A DNA stretch of 64,000 bases, from assembly GCF_964204645.1 (NCBI RefSeq), contig NC_134028.1, positions 25,478,345-25,542,344 of the forward strand, read 5' to 3'. The notes below the pieces were generated by a model. The model was not told the origin of the DNA, made no database searches, and saw nothing but the letters and a program-made list of their open reading frames with translations. The stretch is from Tubulanus polymorphus (Eukaryota > Animalia > Nemertea). The translations under genes and the position numbers were made by a program. This document shows, piece by piece, positions 1 to 10,600 of this stretch. Numbering within the stretch: position 1 is the stretch's first letter; each line of letters starts with the position of its first letter.

Positions 1-27
1 GAATGGTTTCAAGAAAACTAAATTTAC

Positions 28-2754
28 CGTAAATTCACGGTGAAGTTTTGCCTGTTTCTCCCGGGCCAGTTGCAGATCGGTCATACAATAATCCCAACCG
101 CAGAAAACTGTATTTGCATATTTAAAGTACGTGTCACCTTCGACGATGAACATACTCTTAAATCCTGAACCAGTTCTATAAGAGATAGATGATAATCAAC
201 AAAACAATCGGATCCCCAGATCTGAATAAAATATGATTCAGTAATCGCTTATTTTAAACTTACGCTATAACGAGTAGAAGTAAGCTGACTAGATAATAAG
301 CCCCAGTTGCCAGCAGATACGCGAGAGGCATGTTATAGACCGTAACGTGACCCTGTTTTATAGTTTGGTCGATGTAGGTTTTATTGAAGTAATAACCGTA
401 AAACAAAATCGTTCTTTCCAACCAACCCTAAAAGACAGAAGCATTCACGTATTAAATCTTCGCTTTTCAGGGAAAATTGCATTAGGTCTTTTTACTGAAA
501 AATGGTCTCTACAGAGAGTCTGAAACATGAATGAGAAATGTATCAAATCTGGTTGAAACTCTGACTCCAGCTCTGCAGTTCCGCGTTAAGATTTGCCTGC
601 TGTGAACTAATTCTAACCCGCAACTGATTCCAGGTTTTGTTTCTCACAATTTTTGATCAATGAATTTCGTTTTCAATCTTTTGAATTCGTACGAAGTGGG
701 CTTTATCTAATCCTATTATCTATTCTCCACGTTTTGCTCCGCGCTGTTCTTCTAATTGTTCTTACCGTCCCTTTCAAAAGATCCAATACTTTATCGAATG
801 TAGTTGAAACTTGCGTCTTGTTGTTGATGAAATCTTCGTATTTCTTCGAACAGACGACCGACTGTTCGACGAACGAGATGTTCTCAGTGTTGTAATCGGT
901 AAGCGCACTCGCCGTCGCGGAGTCGTTCCAAACCGCCGAAATCGACGTCAGATTATCGCCGGTGCTAAGACGGACGGCTTCGCGGAAATTGTGCGGTTTT
1001 AAAATGAGTTGCGGAATCAGAACGACGGCGATCATTATGACGGAGATGTAAATATTCAGAAAAAACAGCCATTTCAGGAATCGGAAGAACGAACCGACAC
1101 CCATCCCGAATCCACCTGGAAATGTTTAAAATCATCATTATTTAACATTAATAATTTTCTGACGACTTATCTTATTTAAGAGACTTGAAACGTGGGATTT
1201 TAAATCATGGGCTTAACCAAAATGTAATTCTCAGGTGATAACACAACTGAAGGCTGTAGTCAAATGAAACACTCTAATCTGTGTACACTGTACATGATCG
1301 AAGAAGTCCCACAATTCGAATTTTTTATGAAATAATTTATCAAAACGAAACTACATCATTTCGGCTGTTGACTAACAGCCATCATCAGGTGGAATCAGAT
1401 ATTAATCAACAGCTGAAACGTTGTGGTTTCGCTTTAATCAATTATTTCATATAAATTCGAATTGTGGGACCTCTTCAATTAACAACTGAAGGTTATCTTG
1501 CAAAAATGAAAATACTTCTGCCCTCTAGGTATCCGGTACCTTCAATGGCTTTAAATGAACTATTCCATACTTTCAGTTTGTACATAGCATCTTTTGCATC
1601 GCGTTTAAAATTCTGCCATTTCTGAAGAATAGAAAGACAACCTGTACAATCTAAATCACTTCACTAACTGATGAGGATTAGTTTTTGTTGATCTGATGCT
1701 TACCACTCGATTCCTATGTTTCACACCAGCAACACCTTTCAGTTTCTTCATCGGGGCATTCTGTATTTGCATCCTTTACATAACAATGACATCATTAAAT
1801 TTTAGAGTCCGAAATGTTGAGTCTTTCATATTTGATTTTGATTCTTCAGATAATTTTAGACAAATACATGCAAATCTGATTGATCGTTTAATCAAACCTC
1901 AATTCTCGTTTGATCGTTAAAGATGTCGCCATATCTTTAACGGCTTGTTCTTGATTCCACTGTTCATCTTCGTCTACTTCATCGTCGACTAAATCCGTTT
2001 CATCTCGCTGCTCTTCGACATCCGCTCCGAACGCCGTCTCCATCTCGATGCTCTCTCCTCCTCCGTCGATCGTCGACTGTCGACTCGCGCTGCGGATCGT
2101 CGCGTAAATTGACTCACTGGCGCGTCGGCGTTTAGTCGTACGACGCCGACGTACCGTCGCGCCCGCTCGTTGGATGTTTCCGCCACGCTGAAGTAACTCG
2201 CCATCGTCATCGAATCCGAACCCATGACTCGGTAATAATGCCAGTAAATCTTGCTGATTCGTGATTTGACCTAAAGTAACCGCGTTACGATCGTGCAGCG
2301 CGGCATTTCTTTCTGAAGAAGAATACCAATTATTGAATTACAGATAGTTCTTCACTGTATCTTAATACAGATCTCGGGCTTTCCTCAAAGACTATCCCTG
2401 TTGTTGGTTTGTTTGATTCTACCTCAATGAATTGGCCGACTACTAAGACGTTTCTCCATGGTTCCTACAGGACCATCGATATGAAATTTGAGGGGCTTTT
2501 GAGGGTATGATCACCAAATTTGAGGGTCATTTTTCAAAGTATAGTTGCCAGCCCGCACACCCCTCATCATCATAAATTGCCGTGTATTTCAAGAAGGCTT
2601 TTCAGACCACCACACTTACTTGTCACTGCTTTTTTATTTTTCACCATCATAATCCGATACTCTCAGGAAAAGCTATCAATTTTGTGTGTGGCCACTCTTC
2701 GTCTTTCAACAAACATATCAAATACCTACCTAATGTAATTCTTTTGTTGGCCAT
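28..2754 (-). CDS. Transmembrane channel-like (TMC family, TMC7-like) gene, 5' part; continues beyond window start. Exons ~2730-2754, 1898-2270, 1704-1773, 1540-1621, 766-1115, 264-427, 28-175
   Basis: The spliced translation contains TMC hallmarks: KVWNSSFKAIEGGFGMGVGSFFRFLKWLFFLN, GTGWLERTILFYGYY, YNMPLAYL and NTVFCGWDYC. GT-AG introns; phases checked for the 5' exons. The first exon (MANKRITLG) is inferred from phase only. Confidence 0.88.
1300..1478. mobile_element. Palindromic intronic element (~75-bp arms) with a minus-strand hammerhead-like core; probable Penelope-like retroelement remnant
   Basis: Arms gtcccacaattcgaattt...cggctgttgactaa and ttaatcaacagctgaaacg...aaattcgaattgtgggac are inverted. 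The minus strand reads CCAC-CTGATGA-T-GGCTGTT-agtc-AACAGCC-GAAA. Confidence 0.6.
1804..1880 (+). repeat. Dispersed ~77-bp repeat, near-identical copy at ~45582-45658
   Basis: agagtccgaaatgttgagtctttcatatttgattttga(t/c)tcttcagataattttagacaaatacatgcaaatctgatt occurs in a TMC intron and in a WDFY3 intron. Confidence 0.85.
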
Positions 2755-2968
2755 TGTGAGTGACAGTAGTTATCATTCCAGTAATCAGGTAATAGTCATC
2801 AAAACAAAAATGAAACAACAGGAAGTTATTCACAGCGACCTTCAGTTTGACAGATCGCGCGGCGCAGCCGTCCATTATTCCCATATGTCCCGTTCTATTT
2901 TTAGACGAAGCCGTCCGTTTTTCTGTCATGTCCCTCCACGCGCGGCGGTTCCGATCGCCTGAGTAATT
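2755..2968. promoter_or_regulatory. Compact bidirectional promoter/5' UTR region between the TMC (-) and endonuclease IV (+) start codons
   Basis: The two inferred ATGs are ~215 bp apart in divergent orientation. The region is locally CpG-rich and has an ETS-like CAGGAAGT at ~2819. Confidence 0.55.
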
Positions 2969-5900
2969 ATGGAGATTACTAGGAGAGTGACCAGAACTCG
3001 CGCATCTGAACGACTTAAATTGATCCAGAACGCTGAAGATAGTAATGCTAACACTGATGATGCATCTACTGAGCTAGAAAAGGAGAGAACTGACGTCACG
3101 GTGGTGAAAATGTCAACAATAACGAAGAAGACGAGAAGCCGGAAAATAAAGGAGCCTCCTCCTCTAGCTCCTGTGGAACAGGGAGATGACGTGCCAAAGC
3201 TGGAAGTAAAATCTGTGCCTGAAAAACCTGAGGAATCACAGCCACAAGTTATGTCGAGGCGGAAGGAGAAAAAACCTCAGACTGAAGAAATGGGTGAATC
3301 CTGCTTAGACTTACTGCAGGATGAATATACTACTCTTACTATCGACGTAGTGAATAAACCCGTCACTCGTCAGCCAAGAAAGAGGAGAGGAAAGGAGCCA
3401 GCTACAGTAGTGGAACCTGGTGAGGAAGTTACTGAGGAATCCGGTGAAATAACAAAACCTAAGAAAGCCAAGAAAAAAGAGAAAGTAACCAAAAAGGGAG
3501 ATAAAGAAAAAGAGAACCAGCCTGAAAAACAGATTGAGGAACTTATAGAGGAACAACAAAATGAAAGTGAAAAACTGATTGAGGAAAAGGGAGAGATACT
3601 GATGAATTCCAACTTTGGTAACATGAAGATCACTGATGAATCTGTGGACTTGCAGGATGAATCTACCAGTGTAGTGGATAAACCAGTCACTCGTCAACTG
3701 AGAAAAAAGAAAGGAAAGGAGCCAGCTACAGTAGTGGAAACTGATGAGGAGGAAATTACAATACCTAAGAAAACCAAGAAAAAAGATAAAGTTACCAAAA
3801 AGCAAAGTGAAGAAAAAAAGATCCAGCCTGAAAAACTGGTTGAGGAACAGAGTGAAAAACTGATAGAGGAACAACAGAATGAAGAGAGTGAAAAACTGAT
3901 AAATTCAAACTTTGGTGATAAAAAGATTGAAATAATGACTGATGAATCCAAGGACTTGCAGGATGATTCTACCAGTGCGGTGGATAAACCACCAGTTACT
4001 CGTCAACCAAGGAACAGGAAAGGAAAGGAGCCAAAAATATTAGAACCCGATGAAGAGGAAATAGCTGAGGAATCTGGTGAAATCACAAAACCTAAGAAAA
4101 CCAAGAAGAAAGAGAAAGTTACCAAAAAGCAAAGTGAAGGGAAAAAGAACCAGTCCAAAAAACTGATAGAGGAACAAAGTGAAAAACTCATAGAGGAACA
4201 ACAAACTGAAGAGAGTGGAAAACTGATGAATTCAAACTGCATTGATATAAAGATTGAATCCATGGACTTGCAGGGTGAATCTACAAGTATAGTAAATAAA
4301 CCGGTCACTCGTCAACCAAGAAAAAGGAATTTAGGAAAGGAGCCAGCAGTAGTAGAACCTGATGAGCAGGAAATAACCGAGGAATCCGATGAAATGTCAA
4401 AACATATAAAAACCAAGAAAATAGAGAAATTCACCAAAAAGGGAACCAAAGAAAGAAGGAACCAGCCTGAAAAACAGATTATGATTGAGGAACTGAGTGA
4501 GAAACTGCTGGAAGAACAACAGGATGGACAGAGTGAAAAACCGATAAATTCAAACTGCGGTGATATAAAGATTGAAATAATGACTGATGAATCCATGGAC
4601 TTGCAGGATGATTCTACCAGTGTGGTGGATAGACCACCAGTCACTCGTCAACCAAGGAAAAGGAAAGGAAAGGAGCCAACTATGGCAGTAGAATCTGACG
4701 AAGAAATAACTGAGGAGCCTGGTGAAATCACTAAACCAATGAAAACAGAGAAAATTACCAAAAAGGGAAGTAAAGAAAGAGATAATCTGCCTGAAAAATT
4801 GATGGAACAGAGTGAAAAAGTGATTGAGGAACAGAGTGAAGAACTGATGGCTACAGGCTGCACTGATGTAAAGATTGTAACAAGAAGTGATATGTTTATT
4901 GGAGCCCATGTTTCTGCTTCTAGTTAGTAAACCGTTTGTCTGTAGTGCTTGTTGCATTGATTTCTCATTTCTTTCATCAGTCGTTGTCTCTTACAGAAAG
5001 TATAGTAAACGCAGTAGAAAATGCTGCAACAATTGGAGCCCGAGCATTTGCACTATTCCTCAGATCGCAGAGAAGATGGTTGGCAAAACCTTTAGATCCG
5101 AAAGTAGCCGAGAAGTTTAAAATCGCTTGTCAGGTAAAATCACAGGGGTGAATCTAGAAAATTTGGAAGGCAGGGACCCAGAAGAAAAGAAAGGGCATTT
5201 TCAGATAAAGCAGCCATGTCATAACTGTCCCTCAGTACATTGGTTATTTTTGAAGAAGCATATGCATATATGCAGTATATACAAAGAAAAATTATGCAAT
5301 TCCTGTGCGGATGAGTTTCAAAATTGCATGCATGTATTTTGACATTACATTGTATTCGAAGATTAGAAAAGACGCCCCTGAATCAACTTGGGTATCAGTA
5401 TTTTTCCCATCCCCCGACTCAATTTTTACTCTTTATACATTACCGTGCATAATTCTAAGTGCCCTATGATTGCTCAATTGTTATGATGATAATTCCAGGA
5501 ACACGGTTATAAGCCTTCATTTATCCTTCCACACGGTCCGTACATATTGAACTGCGGCGCTCCTAATGAGGAAATACTAGCGAAGAGTCGAACTTTATTA
5601 TTGGAAGAATTAGAGCGATGTGAAATGTTGGGTTTAACGCTCTATAATTTACATCCTGGTAATAGATCATTCAATGAGAAGTTGAGGATCGAGCCATACA
5701 TGACTTTTGAATGTTAATCAAACTCATTTGTTTATTGATAGGATCGTCGTGTGGTGAGATCAGTACAGAAGAATGTATTAATAAAATAGCAAGCAGTATT
5801 AATTTAGCATTGGAGAAAACGTCTACAGTTACAGTAGGCGAGTAGGAAATACTGACTTATTACTACACAAGGGTGGATTTAGGATTTTTCCAAGGATCAA

Positions 5901-7006
5901 ATGGGCGCCACTTATGATTTGACAAATTTGGCAATGTAAGGGCTACAAGGACAAAAATTGGTGTGGAATTCTGGTGGCCTTCCACAGAAAAATTAGGATA
6001 AAATTGGCTTTTCTGGCCCTCATCATGACCCATTTCGATTAATTTTTTGTCCTTTTAATGTCCTTTTAGATTAAAAAGAACTTTCCAGATCATTTATGGA
6101 ACTTTGAAGGGAGTGGACTATAGTCGCCTAAATTTGCCCTTGCTAGATTACCGGTCGGTACTTCGTCAACTTTTCTCAATGTTTTCAGTATTAGAGAATA
6201 TGAGCTGTCAGGGTAATACAATAGGAGGGCGATTTACTGAACTGAAACAAATAATTGATAGAATCACTGATAAATCGCGTATTGGTGTTTGTCTCGATAC
6301 TTGCCATGCAATGGCAGCAGGTAAGAGGTCGCGTTAGTACATGTAATTGTTATTTTTAACCGTTTACATCGAAAATGCCTTGAAATGATTGTTTCTTATT
6401 GAAGGATACGATCTCAGTCAAGAATCTGGATTCAAACAGATGATGCATGACTTCGAGACAACTGTCGGGTTCAAATATTTGAAAGCGCTGCATCTTAACG
6501 ATTCTGTGGGCAAGTGAATTAAAACTAATAGATAGACTTGAGAGAAATTGGCGGAATTTGGTCCTGTTATGGCTAAAAAAAATTGATACCTTGTTTCTCC
6601 GCTCTGCTGAGCTTAAATGTTGACCTGGCCGGCCTACCCTATACATTACCTTTTTTAAAATCGTGATCAATTTTACCATAACAGACCCGGCCGCTATAGA
6701 AATGAACTGTTTATAAATTTTATCATATTTTACAAAAATGACCCGGCCGCTACGGAGAAACAAGGTATCATTTTTGTTTAGCCTATACCTAATGTTGTCT
6801 GATACGTTTATTTTGTCTGTTCAGGTATTTGCGGTTGTCACAGAGATCTACATGAAAATATCGGTCGTGGTAAAATCGGATTGAAAGGATTTGAACGAGT
6901 TGTCAACGATCACACATTCACAAATATTCCGATGATTTTAGAAACTCCGGCGAACGTTGATGATATTACGGAAATTAAAAAACTTTACAACCTCATCAAA
7001 GAATAG
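2969..7006 (+). CDS. apn1: Endonuclease IV (Nfo/Apn1-family AP endonuclease), ~921 aa, with long K/E-rich repetitive N-terminus. Exons 2969-4922, 4997-5133, 5499-5658, 5742-5837, 6189-6320, 6405-6509, 6825-7006
   Basis: The spliced C-terminus has the Nfo motifs FIGAHVSA, AFALFLRSQRRW, ILPHGPYILN, LYNLHPG, VLENMSCQG, GVCLDTCH, LHLNDS, DLHENIG and PMILETP. Exon lengths sum to 2766 nt in frame. Confidence 0.93.
3308..4860 (+). repeat. Five ~310-340-bp coding tandem repeats (~105 aa) in exon 1 of the AP endonuclease
   Basis: The motif DLQD(E/D)STSVVD(K/R)PVTRQPRKRKGKEP recurs at ~3308, 3647, 3953, 4265 and 4598. Confidence 0.9.
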
Positions 7007-7324
7007 ACTATTGTTTTTGATGCTGGGTCTCGATGTATTCACTATGTTTTGGATTACTTGTATATACACACACACCTTTGGAAGATTTTTTCATAAATAA
7101 ATGTACATTTTTCATAATTTAATGTTTCCTCATTTCACTCGCGTAAATTGTGAATCATATAGTTAGTGGAGGGTCTGGTCGCAGAGGCGGATTCAGAGGG
7201 TGCTGGGGATCTTGTACAAGCAACTGCGGGCCCACAACTGGGGTAAGTGCCCCCTGGTCCTACGGCCATGCAATTCACAATTCATATTTTAACGCGGGCT
7301 TCACTTTAGTTTATAGAAAAAACA

Positions 7325-7643
7325 CCAGGGAGTTTAGCGGCAGCACCGTACGGTCCCCTAGTGGAATTTCTGTGAACTAATGTAATACCTGGGTAGTTTA
7401 AATAGACACAAGTAAGCTTATTCAACTTCGACCTGCTCTGTACCTTCAATCTTAATTAGAATTGAACGTGATTATGTATCTGGATTTAGAGACGAGTCGA
7501 GTAAATCGGCCGTAATTATATTAGTTCGCAAAACCTCCGCTTGGAGACCGTACAGTGCTGCCACCAAACTGGGTTGGTACAGTGGTTAGAGGGTGTACTA
7601 CGCTCGTACGCTCGAGCTTGCGTGTTCGAATCCCAAACTCCCA
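7325..7643. mobile_element. MITE-like element with ~65-bp imperfect TIRs, present in every array unit (uninterrupted form at ~8350-8603)
   Basis: Left arm ccagggagtttagcggcagcaccgtacggtcccctagcgga..gaactaatgtaat is the reverse complement of attatattagttcgc..tccgcttggggaccgtacagtgctgccaccaaactccctgg. Confidence 0.75.
7571..7631 (+). mobile_element. tRNA-derived (SINE-head-like) insert with Pol III A and B boxes; also at ~9537-9594 and ~10553-10610
   Basis: A box TGGTACAGTGG, B box GTTCGAATCC and a D-arm-like GTAC..GTAC. It is flanked by a ccaaact direct repeat and is absent from units 2 and 5. Confidence 0.6.
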
Positions 7644-10600
7644 GGGCCGATTCTTTTATCAGTGTCGATTCTGTACACGGATACGAAACGTATATCTAAA
7701 TTAGAACCTAGCACACTTCTTATCCTCTTCAATTAGCATTTATCCCAAAAAGCCCAATATGATACACATGATAGTTAAGATATCCAACAAATAACGTCCT
7801 CAGAGATCTCGTGAGTAATCTGCAGACCTCCTGACAAGTGAAAACCAAGAGAAATTGATCCCAACAAATAAAAAACAAACATTCATATTCTAGTAGGATT
7901 AATACATGTATTCAGCCAAAAAATTCAACAAAATAAATATATTCCAAAACAATATGTGCTTTTATTTTTAGGGGCCTAGACAAAGTGCCCCTCCCCCGTT
8001 CCTACGGCCCTGTGTGTGAATGAGCTGCTCACTCTTGGTGGACACTTGGCCAATGCAGGGTCAGTACAGCTGTGACTGGGATCATTTGTGTAGCATCTAT
8101 CCGTCAACTGTAGTATTACCACGTGTAAATTAGACCTTCCACATAAATAGCCAGGCCCCCTCTGTAGACCTGTTGACATTAGCCTTAGTGCTATTGCACT
8201 GTTTTCGCTGCTTTCGAAAAACTCATTAAAAAGATTTCTTTATGTAGGCCAAATATTGGACATTGGGGTAAGTGCCCCCTGGTCCTACGGCCATGCTATT
8301 CACAATTCATATTTTAACGCGGGCTTCACTTTAGTTTATAGAAAAAACACCAGGGAGCTTAGCGGCAGCACCGTACGGTCCCCTAGCGGAATTTCTGTGA
8401 ACTAATGTAATACCTGGGTAGTTTAAATAGACACAAGTAAGCTTATTCAACTTCACCCTGATCTGTAACCTTCATATCTTAATTAGAATTGATCATGACT
8501 ATGTATCTGGATTTAGAGACGAGTCGAGTAACTCGGCCGTAATTATATTAGTTCGCAAAACCTCCGCTTGGGGACCGTACAGTGCTGCCACCAAACTCCC
8601 TGGGCCGGTCGATTCTGTACCGATACGAAACGTATATCAAAATTCGACCCTAGCACACTTCTTATCCTCTTCAATTAGCATTTACCCCAAAAAGCCCAAT
8701 ATGATACAAATAATAGTAAAGATATCCAACAAATAACGTCCTCAGAGATCTCGTGAGTAATCTGCAGACCTCCTGACAAGTGAAAACCAAGAGAAATTGA
8801 TCCCGACAAATAAAAAATAAAAATTCATATTCTAGTGGGAATAATACATGTATTCAGCCCAAAAATTCAACAAAATAAATATATTCCAAAACAATATGTG
8901 CTTTTATATTTAGGGGCCTAGACAAAGTGCCCCTCGCCCGTTCCTACGGCCCTGTGTGTGAATGTGCTGCTCACTCTTGGTGGACACTGGGCCAATGCAG
9001 GGTCAGTACAGCTGTGACTGGGATCATTTGTGTAGCATCTATCCGTCAACTGCAGTATTACCACGTGTAAATTCGACCTTCCACATAAATAGCCAGGCCC
9101 CCTCTGTAGACCTGTTGACATTAGCCTTAGTGCTATTGCACTGTTTTCGCTGCTTTCGAAAAACTCATTAAAAAGATTTCTTTAGGTAGGCCAAATATTG
9201 GACATTGGGGTAAGTGCCCCTGGTCCTACGGCCATGCTATTCACAATTCATATTTTAACGCGGGCTTCACTTTAGTTTATAGAAAAAACACCAGGGAGTT
9301 TAGCGGCAGCACCGTACGGTCCCCTAGTGGAATTTCTGTGAACTAATGTAATCCCTGGGTAGTTTAAATAGACACAAGTAAGCTTATTCAACTTCGACCT
9401 GCTCTGTACCTTCAATCTTAATTAGAATTGAACGTGATTATGTATCTGGATTTAGAGACGAGTCGAGTAAATCGGCCGTAATTATATTAGTTCGCAAAAC
9501 CTCCGCTTGGGGACCGTACAGTGCTGCCACCAAACTGGGTTGGTACAGTGGTTAGAGTACTACGCTCGTACGCTCGAGCTTGCGTGTTCGAATCCCAAAC
9601 TCCCAGGGCCGATTCTTTTATCAGTGTCGATTCTGTACACGGATACGAAACGTATATCTAATTTAGAACCTAGCACACTTCTTATCCTCTTCAATTAGCC
9701 CAAAAAGCCCAATATGATACACATAATAGTAAAGATATCCAACAAATAACGTCCTCAGAGATCTCGTGAGTAATCTGCAGACCTCCTGACAAGTGAAAAC
9801 CAAGAGAAATTGATCCCGACAAATAAAAAACAAACATTCATATTCTAGTGGGATTAATACATGTATTCAGCCCAAAAATTCAACAAAATAAATATATTCC
9901 AAAACAATATGTGCTTTTATCTTTAGGGGCCTAGACAAAGTGCCCCTCTCCCGTTCCTACGGCCCTGTGTGTGAATGTGCTGCTCACTCTTGGTGGACAC
10001 TTGGCTAATGCAGGGTCAGTACAGCTGTGACTGGGATCATTTGTGTAGCATCTATCCGTCAACTGCAGTATTACCACGTGTAAATTTGACCTTCCACATA
10101 AATAGCCAGGCCCCCTCTGTAGACCTGTTGACATTAGCCTTAGTGCTATTGCACTGTTTTCGCTGCTTTCGAAAAAATCATTAAAAAGATTTCTTTAGGT
10201 AGGCCAAATATTGGACATTGGGGTAAGTGCCCCCTGGTCCTACGGCCATGCAATTCACAATTCATATTTTAACGCGGGCTTCACTTTAGTTTATAGAAAA
10301 AACACCAGGGAGTTTAGCGGCAGCACCGTACGGTCCCCTAGCGGAATTTCTGTGAACTAATGTAATACCTGGGTAGTTTAAATAGACACAAGTAAGCTTA
10401 TTCAACTTCACCCTGCTCTGTAACCTTCATATCTTATTTAGAATTGAACATGACTATGTATCTGGATTTCGAGACGAGTCGAGTAACTCGGCCGTAATTA
10501 TATTAGTTCGCAAAACCTCCGCTTGGGGACCGTACAGTGCTGCCACCAAACTACGTTGGTACAGTGGTTAGAGTACTACGCTCGTACGCTCGAGCTTGCG

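Noticed and set aside
1989-2225. 78-aa Arg/Ser-rich ORF as an independent gene
   Set aside because: It is an alternative frame of TMC exon 1898-2270.
3311-4957. Several minus-strand F/S/L-rich ORFs
   Set aside because: They are antisense shadows of the K/E-rich repeat exon of the AP endonuclease.
7565-7645. Functional tRNA gene
   Set aside because: A and B boxes are present, but the acceptor and T stems do not pair and the anticodon loop is not 7 nt.
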